Positions 28,231-40,103 of a DNA stretch of 64,000 nucleotides are shown here, one piece after another. Below the pieces are notes generated by a model. That model was given only the letters and a program-made list of their open reading frames with translations, was not told where the DNA came from and ran no database searches. The stretch's first letter is position 1, and each line of letters opens with the position of its first letter. The stretch spans positions 29,202,001 to 29,266,000 of the forward strand of contig OY740811.1 of NCBI GenBank assembly GCA_963514005.1. The letters are read 5' to 3'. The stretch comes from Raja brachyura. Lineage: Eukaryota. The position numbers were made by a program, and so were the translations under genes.

Positions 28231-28550
28231 TTCCTCAGTATTTTCCTCTAAGCGCTAGCTCTTCCGCTGCAGCTCTGCTTTTCAATTATGTATAACATCT
28301 CATTTTGATGATAGTCTGCACCCTAATGATCATGTGCATTAAAGTAACCATTATTCTGATTTTTCTTTTGTCATTGGTTTTGTAGCTCATCCTATGCCCT
28401 GATTATTGATTTTTGACTGTTAAAGTATCTGTGCAACTCTTCAAAGCTTTCATATTCTGAAACTTATGATAACCACCCTTTTCTCCCGCCCAGTCAACCA
28501 TTCTCTTTGTCGCAGTGACAAAAATGAAGTTCCCCTGTGACCATTCATAA

Positions 28551-28780
28551 CCACAGAGCCCAGTCCCTCCACGCACTAGAGTCTCCCAACCCCTGCAGAG
28601 TAGCTACTAAGATGGCTGATCCGTGAGCGGTTGCTGCTGGGACGCACGTCGGGGCCTGATCAACCCCGGCTGGATCGCCTGGGCAAGGGTGTCTGATGTT
28701 GTGAGACCTGAAACACCCGATGACCCCAGGTCACATCACTGAAGATGCGTCCCAGCGCATCTAGAAGATGTATATTTTTC
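28551..28780 (+). mobile_element. 5'-truncated non-autonomous HERO-like element
   Basis: Colinear with 55940-56165; HERO-like 3' UTR cctgatcaaccccggctgg...gaaacacccgatgaccccagg. Confidence 0.7.
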
Positions 28781-28892
28781 ACAACTCTTATGAATCTTTT
28801 CTGTTTCCTTTTTATGGCTCTCTAATCCTAAAGTAATGTTTGTCTAGAACTTTAATGACCATATCAGTGGCCTGCACAATGGTTTTGGACAA

Positions 28893-28992
28893 AGTGAGTC
28901 TGAAGAAGGGTTTCGGCCCAAAACGTTGCCTATCTCCTTCGCTCCTTAGATGCTGCTGCACCCGCTGAGTTTCTCCAGCCTTTTGTGTACCC
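28893..28992 (+). mobile_element. Penelope terminal-repeat copy
   Basis: Perfect 14-bp TSD atggttttggacaa (28879-28892, 28993-29006). Confidence 0.85.
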
Positions 28993-30553
28993 ATGGTTTT
29001 GGACAAGTTGTGTTATCTTCTGATTGATATATTTAGCACTGTATAACCCTTTGATTTTTCGGTAGTTTTAATGAGCCTTTCTATTTTTGCCCCTTACAAT
29101 CTCAGTTCCTTCTATGCTCATTGATATGGGAATAAAGTTACTCTTTTCTCTCTAATAACAATAAATTATTTTTTGATTATCCATTTGTCACTCTACTGCT
29201 CCAATGGGTCTTTAACTACTTATTCATGTCCACCTTTAACTCTATTCTGATTAAAATTTTAAATCATCCAAATTAATGATTTGTGCCATTGAAATTCCAA
29301 ACAGAATAAGATGAAAACTACCTGCTTTCACACTCTCTTCTCAATTGCCAAAAAATGTCTGTCAGCTCTAACAATCAGGGAATCTTTGGTGTTCTTTGTC
29401 TTTGTAACACGTTGCAAAACTCTATCAACAAGTTACAATATATTTATATTGAAATGTATGTAACTGAAATGGAAACTGCCAGCATAGATTTCTGGAAAGA
29501 CCATTAAATCTCATTGAATAGCTGAAGAAATTCTATATGTCAATCAGAACCAGATGTTTGTAATTCTGGAATATAAATCTGAGCAGTTGAGCTCTGTGCT
29601 CCCTTTACAGGTCCCTGTTGATGACGCGTGTGCGTGTATGTGTTCCATTATACGATGCACGCAACTGCATGAGTGTTCTCAAAGTTGCTGTCACTTTTCT
29701 CAACCTGCTGCAGTCACCTGGGATGGACACCTTTGGACCATCACGACTTTTTCTCTGCAGTTACTTGTTGGTGGATTTTTTTTCTCGATACCTATGCAAC
29801 ATTTAACTGCATTTTCCAGAACTATCTCTCTTCCACTATCAACAAATTCTGAGCACTTCATTTGGTAGGAGTTAAACAATATAAATCACAATCTTCAATC
29901 TCAGCTTCCCAAGTAATACTGATTTTCAACGTGTAGGTTGAATTTTGTTGGTATTTGATGCATCAACAGAGTGCTCTTACATTTATGCATTACTGAAGGG
30001 GTCCAGTGTTTCTTTAAGGGATATCAGCATGATATCAATGTTTCTTAGAAATTATTTAGCATTTCATGTTAAATGGTTGAATTTGAAGAGTTCTTGGCTA
30101 TCTTCCTATAATTTAATATTTGATTAAAATATATGGTATGTTTTGCTTGATTTGTTTATTATTTAACAGGGTGTGTTTTAAATTGGTGTTACACGCACAA
30201 ATCATTTATGATTGTTTATAACTGAGAAAGAAGTGAAAGCTGGTGTAAAACTTTAGAATCAAATTAAAGCTTATTTACATGGCCTTTTGGGAATAGCATC
30301 AAGGGGGAGAGAATGAAGGAATAACTATTCATCAAAATGGAGCATCAGCAGGAAAATGGTCTGTTGCAGCACCGGAAAGAAAACTGCAGTTCAGCGTCAT
30401 GTCACAATGACAATTTTGCTGAGGAGTACTCACCTGTGTATTTAACTGTATCCACAACTTTAATATCACACAATTGAGCATACAACCATCTAAGCCAAAG
30501 ACAAACTGCTAACCAGCGGAGTGAGGCATCTTTGAAACCAAAATAAAATCTAA

Positions 30554-30750
30554 AGAGCCTGTCCCACATTATACAACTTTTTCGGCAACTGCTGGCACCC
30601 GTCATATGTTGCCCAAAATTTTCAACATGTTGAGAATTCATCAGTGACCAGAAAGATGCTACGACTCTTTGGCAGACTAGGAGACTACTCACGAACATAC
30701 AGGCGACCTATGACAGGTGCCGGCAGTCGCTGAAAAAGTTGCGTAAGCGG
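30554..30750. mobile_element. MITE, probably PIF/Harbinger type
   Basis: About 40-bp imperfect terminal inverted repeats (caactttttcggcaactgctggcacccgtcata / tatgacaggtgccggcagtcgctgaaaaagttg); left end gcctgtcccac. Confidence 0.6.
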
Positions 30751-31912
30751 AAGTGTAAGGTCAAGAAGGAAAACACCAGCATACTATTAAACCCGGCTGA
30801 GGTGTAAAACTAGATTGGAAGGAAAAAAAGTTATCCCATTGATATTTTTTAGAATTAGTGTGATTTTGGAAATTCTCACATTCGTTTACATTGCTACGGA
30901 AATCTGCGTACACCTCTTTCAATTTTTAAAAAATGGGCACATGAATACAGCTATTGGCCTTCTTGTTAAGTTAGCAGTTCTGCTAACTGTTGACCATAGA
31001 TTGATATACCTCAAGGCAAATTGTATTTAAAATTGCTACTCCATTTGTACTGGGAATTTCATTCAACCAGCAAACCAAGTGTTTTAAGACCAGCCCTGAA
31101 GTTCTTTCAATAAAGCTTTTCTCTTCTGTCCTCCTAGTTTTTGTTTGGCAGTACAAATTACAAATGTCAAAGTTGTTGTGTTGGACCAAACTTCAACCTT
31201 TCAGTTAGTTATGCTGGAGATTCTTTTGAACTAAGAGGTTCATTACAAAGAAGTCCAGTTGTAATAGGGCTTTTCAGAACCAGAATAATGCAGTGCTGTT
31301 TTTTTTCTGACCCGAATACTAATGTAGTGTAATGTTTGGAAGTCTTTGTTTATTTAACACAGGATATTTTTGGTTTCCATGTTTACTGAACTTGTAGGTA
31401 AAGCCTGATTCCCAATATCTAAGCGGAGCGCATTTCCTTCGCCATAAAACATTGATTTGTAGTAAGCTTGGGGAATGAATAGAGAAACATTCTAGCAATT
31501 TTTCAAGTTACTGTTTTTCCACTCTTTGGAAAATTGGAAATACAATTGTACATTTTTATCCAAGTTTTTAACTGACAATATAATTAACTGAAGAACAAGT
31601 AAATTACATAATACCTCAAACAAAACATGGCAGGCATTTAATTTCTAATCCCTTCAGATTCCCTGGTATTTTTGTTTATATTTCTGGTATTATCTATTTG
31701 GTCTTGCACTATAGGTGGACTGTAAATGCTTAGCTAATATGTTTATTTACAGGCTTTGAAGGAATGAGATGTAACACTCTATCTTGATTTTAGATTTAAC
31801 TCCAATGTACACTACACTTTCATGAAATGCATACAAGTGATTAATCGCGATTTACATCTTGAATGATGCAAGGAAAGGCAGAAATTTGTTGGGCAATTAT
31901 TAATAAGAGTGG

Positions 31913-32105
31913 GTGTAGGAAAGAACTGCATCTGCTGGTTTAAATCGAAGGTAGACACAACATGCTGGAGTAATTCATGCTGGAGTGATGTTTCGGGTCG
32001 AGACCCTTCTTCAGACTGAAGAAGGGTCTTGATCCGAAACACCACCCATTCCTTCTTTCCAGAGATGCTGCCTGAGTTACTCCAGCATGTTGTGTCTACC
32101 ATTTG
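31913..32105. mobile_element. Penelope terminal-repeat derivative, fold-back form
   Basis: TSD taagagtgg; symmetry centre at 32015 (cttcttcag-a-ctgaagaag). Confidence 0.85.
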
Positions 32106-32699
32106 TAAGAGTGGATTGTCTTTAGAAAAAAAAATAATCGTTTCTCAGTTATAAATACAATGGATAAATTAGGTTGCATCCATTTTGGATCACAAATTGG
32201 CTAGTAATATTTTTATAATGCAGCATGAAAGCTGCATTATTCAATTTAAGCTACTCAATTTTATTTCTGGTTTTATGCAGATATCTACAATTTTACCCAC
32301 AGTTGTTTCAGAACTTACCAGGATCATAAAGGAAAGTAACATTTTTACAGCTTGATGGTTATTATGCTCCAGTCAATGTGGAGATTGCAAGTTAGGGTCA
32401 ATAGATTACAGAAAAACAATCAAATGTTATCAACTTTATCCTAATTGTAAAACATTGCAGGTTTTGTAAAAAAGAATGACCCTAGTAACCAGTGAATATT
32501 GCAGTGAGCTAAAATTATCCAGACGACTTTAGACTAAAGAATGTGGAAAGGAAAGTATATTAGGAAACAACTTAAAACTATTTAGGGAACCAAGAGCTTG
32601 TTCCTTTAAATATTACACAGCATGTTGCAGCACCTGACAGCATGGATCTCGCAGCTTTACACATATACAATAAGTCTGAAAAACAGAAATAAACTCAAT

Positions 32700-32840
32700 G
32701 TTAAAAAACAAACTGCTGGAGGAACTCAATGGGTCAGACAGCATTTACAAAGGGAAATGTACAGGCAATGTTTTGGATCGGGACCCTTCAAGACTGTGTC
32801 AAAAAGTTTGGTTTTTGCTCAAGATTCCACCGTCTACTGT
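32700..32840 (-). mobile_element. Older Penelope terminal-repeat copy
   Basis: tgctggaggaactcaatgggtcagacagc...gggacccttcaagactg. Confidence 0.55.
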
Positions 32841-32984
32841 CTCTTGTCTCTAATAACCTAATATTGTTAAATTACATTTATAATAATGCCAGTAGGATCG
32901 CAGCAATCTGGAATTCACACCCTTCAATTATTCCAATGAACACTGGAATAATTGAAGTCTTTAAGATTGAAATATCTGTATTTT

Positions 32985-33900
32985 TGTTCATCTGTGCATG
33001 CATCTGTTATGATTGTATGCACCTCTACAAGATCACTCCCCAGCCTCCTGCACTCTGAAGAATAAAATCCCAGCCTGCCTAATCTTTCCCTATAGCTAAG
33101 GCCCTTGTGTCCTGGCAACATCCTTGTAAGTCTTCTCTGTACCCTTTCCAGCTTAAAGGCATCTTTCCTACAACAGGGTGACAAAAACTGAACACAATTC
33201 TCAAGTGTAGCCTCACCAATGTCTTATATAATTGTAACTATCTGATGACTTGTGCAATTATAACATTTCATCCTAACTTCTATATTCAATTTTCTGACTA
33301 ATGAAGGTCAGTGTACCAAGAACCGCCTCACTGCCCTATTACTTTAACTACCCCCTCTATCTTTTGCCGCTCTATTTTCAGAAACTGTGTACAAGTACTT
33401 TGAGATTATCTACTCTACAACACTTCCCTGAGTCCTGTCATTCACTGTGATGATGCTGCCTTTATTTGACTATCCTAACCCCTTGCACTTATCTGAATTA
33501 AACTCCGTTTGCCATTCCTCAGCCCATTTGTCCAGCTGATCAAGACCCCTCTGCAATTATTGATAGCCACGAGTCACAGGCCCCCAGTCTGAAAAACAAC
33601 CTTTTGCCAACATCTTCTGCATCGTATCAGAAGCCAATTTTATATCCAGTTAGTTAGTTCTTCCTAGATGCCATGTGACCTCGCCTTCCAAAGCTGCCTA
33701 CCAACTGTAACCATGCTAAAAAGAGATACTTCTATAACCCTGTCCTCATTAACCTTTAAGATTACTTCTTCAAAAACATTCATGAAACACGATCTCCCTT
33801 GCATAAACTATGCTGACTGTCCCTTAGCAACCCGTCTTTCCAAATGTATGCATATCCTTTTCCCCTGAATCATTTCCGATCACTTTTCAATCACTGATAG
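32985..33900 (-). mobile_element. CR1 LINE fragment
   Basis: LERVQRRLTRMLPG..GLSYRERLGRLGFYS on - strand. Confidence 0.8.
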
Positions 33901-34173
33901 GCTTGGAAAGGGAGGAGGCAATTACTGTCATTCAATGTTATTTGAGGTTGTTTTTATTCTGCTCCATTATTAATTCTGCAGGCACGTTGTAACAAGATTT
34001 ATCCCAAGATATTTTAATTGAAATACGTCAAACTTTGACTAAGAAGAGAATTTCTTCCTTTTATTTTGATCATCTGGTGTTCATCTTGACATAATTAAAT
34101 GGGTGTGACTGAAACCCAGCGTGAGTAATGTATCTTTGATGTTGAACTTCTCTCGAGACAAATTTCTCTTTTA

Positions 34174-34310
34174 NNNNNNNNNNNNNNNNNNNNNNNNNNN
34201 NNNNNNNNNNNNNNNNNNNNNNNNNNNNNNNNNNNNNNNNNNNNNNNNNNNNNNNNNNNNNNNNNNNNNNNNNNNNNNNNNNNNNNNNNNNNNNNNNNNN
34301 NNNNNNNNNN
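34174..34310. other. Assembly gap (N run)
   Basis: 137 N. Confidence 0.99.
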
Positions 34311-34943
34311 TGCAAATGTTGTTGTTGTCTTTTATTGTTAACTGTAGGATATTTAATCTCTTGCTGATTTGACTACTACTGGTTGTATGCAATGATACTT
34401 GCAGCATCGAAAAAGATTATTGCTATAAAGTTAACCAGAAAATTTTAAGTATCTCAAGATAAATGACCCTATGTTGTGCAGTTCTGTTCTATTTCTGCTG
34501 TTTCCCTCCGTAGAATGTTTATTTCGGGTGTTTGGTTGGGGTAGGCAGAGTCCCTATGGAGTCAAATTGATTTCAAAATAATAACCCTTCAAGTTAATAT
34601 TTAAACCTAATCAACCCTTTTGATGAATATCTCAGACCACCTTTGAAAGAAGTGTGTAAATAGCTAGGGGACAATAAAATACATTGTCAATCTGTAGCTA
34701 ATCTCTCAAATTGCAATTATACGTAGAAAGAATTTTATAAAGGAGCCAATCCAATTGGATATACCAAGGAAAAAGTATTAATGTTTATTATTAATAGCTA
34801 ACGTTTATTAGCTATTTGCATCGCAAAATGTTTGTATCCATTGATTATAGATCTGAACTGGAGTCTGTCTCCGGAATAGGAGGTTATTGTTCCAAATAAA
34901 GCAGATCAAGATAAAGATTAATAAATGCAAACATTCTAAACTA

Positions 34944-35228
34944 GGGCGGAATGGTGGCGCAGCAGTAGAGTTGCTGCCTCACAGCGCCAGAGATCCGGGT
35001 TTGATCCTGACTGGGTGCTTGTCTGTACGGGGTTTGTATGTTCTCCCCGCAACCTGCGTGGGTTTTCTCCGAGATCTTCGGTTTCCTCCTACACTCCAAA
35101 AACATACAGGTTTGCAGGTTAATTGGTTAAATATAAATTTTCTCTATTGTGTGTAGGATAGCATTAATGTGCGGTGATGGCTGGACAGTCAAAGGGCGTG
35201 TTTCCGAGCTATATAAAGTAAACTAAAC
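34944..35228 (+). mobile_element. HE1-type V-SINE
   Basis: tggcgcagcagtag A box, V-domain, taaactaaac tail. Confidence 0.85.
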
Positions 35229-35848
35229 TTTGTGTATTTGTAGTGGTTAGAAGCATTTTTATATAATCATGTGGAACTTGAAACTGTAAAATAGGTTTTT
35301 TCTTAAAAAGATCTTGACCAGTTTCTACAAGCAAGTAGACTCGATAGATAATGTGTTTGGAGGTAGACCAGGGTAATCCTTTGAGAGTTGCCTAGACAGT
35401 CCAGAGAGACCAATGAACTAATGTGTGAAAATTGTTGTTATGTTATAATTATTTTGGGAATACGTAGCATCTTTAATTAACTGACTCGGCCATACCACTT
35501 TGATCCAAAGATCAGGCCTGCCATCATTTTTTTAAAGCATCTGTCAGTTATCTTGTAGCACTGAGTATTACATTTTGTTTTTGGAAGTTGTGATTGAATC
35601 TGTTTGCTGCTCTCCACACAGCAAATTCCAGATCCCCGTTCAATATTTCTCTCAAACTGGTACTATTAAAGCCAGTCATTAATTTTGAACACCTGTGGTG
35701 GTGAATCTGTGAAATATATTGTCACATACTGTCGTGGAGGCCAAGTCAATGGATATGTTTAAGGCGGAGATGGATCGATTCTTGATTATTAAGGGTGTCG
35801 GGGGTTATGGGGAGAAGGCAGGTTGAGAGGGAAAGATAGATCAGCGAT

Positions 35849-35984
35849 CTTCTTCTTTCGTGTGGCGTGCACAGCCTAAAGTTGTAAGACAACTTGTTCT
35901 ATTTGATCTTCCGTTTGTGCATGTTGAGTTGATTGCATTAGTTAAAACAGGGCGGACCACATGAAGGTTGCAATCTTCCACCCC
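35849..35984 (-). mobile_element. Short retroposon with 5' HDV-like ribozyme and (GAA)n tail
   Basis: 11-bp TSD agatcagc(g/c)at (35838-35848, 35985-35995); ends gaaagaagaag on - strand. Confidence 0.8.
35931..35984 (-). ncRNA. Minimal HDV-like self-cleaving ribozyme
   Basis: GGGGTGG(P1) AA GATTGCA(P2) ACC(P3) TTCATGT(L3) GGT(P3') CCGCCCT(P1') GTTTTAA CTAA(J4/2) TGCAATC(P2'). Confidence 0.8.
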
Positions 35985-36559
35985 AGATCAGCCATGATTG
36001 AATGGCGGTGTGGACTTGATGGGCTAAATGGCCTAATTCTGCTCCTATAATTTATTAATTTATGAACCTCCACTAAATCGCCTTTTCCAAGAAGAATAAT
36101 CCCTGCCTCTCTAATCTCGCATACAATAAAATGTTGCATCTTTTGCATCATTCTTGTAAATCTACTCTGCATACACCGTAATCATTGGCACTCTTTCAAA
36201 AGTATATTAGACCTATAATCTCTGGTTTGGAAGAACAAGATTGCCACACAGTAGGCATAATAAAATGAGATTAGATGTATTTTTAGTTCAGAATAAAATT
36301 CAACCCATCGAAGCACACAAAATTCTGAAGAGCCTTAGTTGGTGTCTTGGTGTCTCTCACGCCTACCCTTGCTGTGTTAGATAAAACTCTTGCAGCTAGC
36401 ACGTATGAATCTCCCTATTTGATGTATATCTAGCTCTACCTCAGATGCTATCTCTGTCTCGATTCTCTAACCTCTCAAATGATCTGTACCATTTCTTCAG
36501 CCATACAGTTTATTAACCAGCTTTAATTTTCAATCCCTTACTCACCTGACAGCATTTGG

Positions 36560-36790
36560 TGCTGGTATTTGTGACCAGCAGTGGTTCAGTGCTTACACCT
36601 TTGAGGAAATGTTCTTTAGTTTTCGACCTCTTCCCTAAAACCATAAAGCCATGTAAAGGCATATTCATTATTTTGTCATTGGTTCTATTATGGCTAATGA
36701 CTTCTGGCTGACCCATCCCCTGCAGAATATCCTGCACCTGTTCTACAATATCGTGTACTGTGCCACCAGTGAAGCCATGCAATGACAGAT
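36560..36790 (-). mobile_element. Old CR1 ORF1 (SGNH esterase) remnant
   Basis: GGTVHDIVEQVQDILQGMGQPEVISHNRTND resembles the CR1 ORF1 esterase block (PGARV.DV...L..IL...EQPEVVVHIGTND). Confidence 0.55.
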
Positions 36791-37265
36791 GTTTGTTAAC
36801 AGTTGCAGTATTACTTGGTATTGGCACTGCTTCAATGATTGAGATGATCTGATAGAAGTTTGGCTGCTTTTTTTCCCTATTCCTTTATTTGGCTACGTGA
36901 CATGTTGGGTTGCAGAGAAAAGCATCGTTGGGTTGCAGAGAAAAGCATCGATGAATTGACTGTGTTGATTTTGGCAAACTGCTGCTCAAAAACTATACCT
37001 GCATTCTTTCTTGTAATGTTTGTGGAAGCCAAAGCGGTTTTATTTGATATGTTTTTAATGATGGGACGTGCTCGGGGATTACAGTGTCCAGCAGATAATT
37101 TGAAGTATGTTCAATAGTGGAACAAGTCCCCATAGTTATTTTATTTAACCCTGGACACAACTTATTATTCACTAAATGAGTGTAATTATGAAACATTGCA
37201 AGATGTTGATCCAATAATTATTTTAATATGATCTCCGTAATAAGCATGCTTGTATTCTTCTTCAG

Positions 37266-37326
37266 ATGGGAACAAGAACTCAACCTCAGGGAGCATCTGC
37301 AGGAGATTGTAGCTGCACTACAGGTG
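37266..37326 (+). CDS. IFFO2: IFFO2 exon 2 (WEQELNLREHLQEIVAALQV)
   Basis: ttcttcag acceptor, gtaagt donor, 61 nt, phase 2 to 0. Confidence 0.88.
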
Positions 37327-37560
37327 GTAAGTTATGAATAAAAATATATATGTTGCTTGGGATATGCAAAGTCATCTGAGCAAGTTAATATGTACATGTA
37401 TTCTGGATTGGTTTACTGGGATTTGGGTATATATAGTAGACATAAAAATGAGATTAAATTAATTTATTGTTCTGAATAAAATTCCACATATTAAATGCAA
37501 AATCTGATTTGATTAGTAAGCAACAAAATTAAGACTGGAATTCAATTTCACCTGAAGGTT

Positions 37561-37695
37561 TAGGAAAGAACTGCAGATTCTGGTTTAAATCGGAGGTAGA
37601 CACAAAATGCTGTAGTAACTCAGCAGGACAGGCAGCGTCTCTGGAGGGAAGGAATGGGTGACGTATCGGGTTGAGACTCTCCTTCAGACTGATGT
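37561..37695 (-). mobile_element. Penelope terminal-repeat copy
   Basis: TSD ctgaaggtt (37552-37560, 37696-37704). Confidence 0.8.
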
Positions 37696-37796
37696 CTGAA
37701 GGTTATTGATCATACAGTATTGGGCTATTTGGACAAATTGATGGATGCCAAATTTATTCTCGTTTTATCCAATCCACATCAGTATTTTGTATACTT

Positions 37797-37942
37797 AAGA
37801 TAGACACAAAATGCTGGAGTAACTTGGGTCTGAAGAAGGGTCTCCACCCAAAACATCACCCATTCCTTCTGCCCCGCTGAGTTACACCGGAATTTTGTAT
37901 CTATCTTCGATGTAAACCAGCATCTGCAATTCTTTCCGACAC
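37797..37942. mobile_element. Penelope terminal-repeat derivative with short inverted 5' arm
   Basis: Imperfect TSD atttt(g/t)tatactt. Confidence 0.75.
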
Positions 37943-38432
37943 ATTTTTTATACTTTCCCTTATTTGGGTCCCATTCAATAACTCCAGTTTATTTGAGCTT
38001 TACTGTTTTGGTAGCAGAATTGTTCAGGTAATAAACTTTTGATTTCCCTTTTGCACTTATTCTTGACTGTCTAGCATTTCCAGCTTCTTGCACTGGTCTC
38101 CCCTATGTGGGAACATTTCTGTCTTTACTCTTTATGGTGAATAGTTTCAAATGGATGTGGAATTATAGAATTGTCATGGCCTTCAATTGTTAATATTTAA
38201 ATTGTGCAATTTAATAGTTATAGGACTAATTAAATGCAGAAAGGCCTGATGTAAAACAATTTTGCAAAATTAGAATGTCAACTATGAAGTGACTCTATAG
38301 AGGTTACAAATAAATAAAAATGATTGAGTGATTTGAAATAAATTAGCAAATGCGTATATGGAAAAATATAAAATTATCCACTTTGGTGAGAATACAAACA
38401 CAATATTCTTTAATCATCTGATGGAAGCAAAT

Positions 38433-38656
38433 GTGTAGGAATGAACTGCGGATGCTGGTTTAAACTGAAGATAAACATAAAAAGCTGGAACTACTCAGCA
38501 GGTCAGACAGCATCGCCAGAGAAAAGGAATAGATGATGTTATGAGTTGAGAAGGGCCATCTGAAGAAGGCTCTCGACCTGAAACGTCATCTATTCCTTTT
38601 CTCCAGATATGCTGTCTGACCCGCAGAGTTACCCCAGCTTTTTTTCTATATCTTCA
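38433..38656. mobile_element. Penelope terminal-repeat derivative, fold-back form
   Basis: 13-bp TSD gat(g/a)gaagcaaat (38420-38432, 38657-38669). Confidence 0.8.
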
Positions 38657-38729
38657 GATAGAAGCAAATCTTGTTTAATAAACGTGTGAGTTTTCACAGG
38701 CCTTTTGCAGTGGAGAATTCCAGTTTCTT

Positions 38730-38975
38730 AACTCTGCCCTTTGGCCCACAGAGTCCACACCGATCATTGATCACATTAGTTCAATGTTATCTTATTTTCC
38801 CATCCACTCCCGTTACATTGAAGGCAGTTTTACAGAGGCCAATTAATCTTTGGGATATGATAGGAAAACGGTGGGCACCCATGCAGTAACAGAACGTGCA
38901 AACTCCAAACAGGCGCACCCAGGGACAGGATCAAACTGGATCTGGGGTGCTGTGAACCAGCTGCATCACTGCCAT
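38730..38975 (-). mobile_element. Diverged HE1-type SINE
   Basis: Reverse-complement similarity to the V-domain (agaacgtgcaaactcc) and tail. Confidence 0.6.
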
Positions 38976-39965
38976 CTCACCCCAACAAAAAGTGGAAGTA
39001 ATGTAATAAATGCCTAGAACCATGAGAAGGGTTCAGGTTTCTGGACTCTTTCTTCTATAATTGAACTTCCTTGTAGCTGGTTACACATTAACTCCATCCA
39101 TTTGGCATAGTTCCATAGCATTTGAAATCTTTTTCCAATGAATTCACGTGTCCCACTATTCTCAGAGATTGTGCAGAAATCTGATTATTCAGCAAATAGC
39201 TGCAGTTTTGATATCCCCATTACCCCCCCCCCCCACACCACCAAAACCAACCTGTCCTGCTGCAGAGGTTGCCGTGGCCCTGCTCCTGACGTATTATCAG
39301 TGGAGGCAGGCTGCTGGAGACAATTGGCAGTCGGACTGGAGACTGCAAAACGAATACTGCAATTTTCAAATGTACTTGAGTTTTTATTATGTCTGAACAT
39401 GTATATTTTTATTATTTCTATTTGAATTATATATTTGATCTTCATGACTGACTTTGTATTCAGCATCCTTCCCATTGTATTTTTCATTTCATGTTCAAAA
39501 TGTTTTTTTTGCACTAAATGCATGAACTCATTGTCCTTTCTGTTAATACAAACATGTGCACTGTCTCCTTACTGTTGTATGAACATTTTAATACATAGTT
39601 ATTCATTTTCTGCCTCTGTTATATTCTGGGGTAGATATGAAGTTTAATTTCATGGGATTGTTTTTCCAACTAATCAGAATCACAGTTTTTGTTTTTGTTT
39701 TTTAACCTGATCGTCACTCTATACTATAGCAAGTCTGAAGCAAGTCATTGTGATTTTCAAGCTAATGATTTTTACTGTGCAGGAAAGATTTGGTGATGTT
39801 GGATTGACTAAAGTTTATCAGCAACTTGATGGTGATGTACTGCTATATCAAATGTCATGACTGCAATATCACAACCAGATCTGTACCCTCATTTTTGAAG
39901 CCATTTCATAATTCTTCTGTGAATGATAATTTGGGCCTGCAGCTGAGAATGCAGATGTCTTTTAA

Positions 39966-40103
<138 letters not shown>

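Larger units (their letters stand above)
35690..36050 (+). mobile_element. CR1 LINE 3' end interrupted by the ribozyme-bearing retroposon
   Basis: gtggtgaatctgtg...ggggagaaggcagg...agatcagccatgattgaatggcgg...cctaattctgctcctat. Confidence 0.8.

Noticed and set aside
28687-28718. CTGATG...GAAAC in the HERO-like 3' UTR as a hammerhead
   Set aside because: Lacks the CUGANGA core, stem II and cleavage triplet; better explained as a GGGTGT/ACACCC hairpin.
36904-36949. 23-bp perfect tandem duplication in IFFO2 intron 1
   Set aside because: Ordinary slippage-type duplication with no other signal.
37826-37862. Apparent 5-bp hammerhead stem I (TGGGT/ACCCA) in one Penelope copy
   Set aside because: Probably created by the inverted arm; this copy's GAAAC core is mutated.
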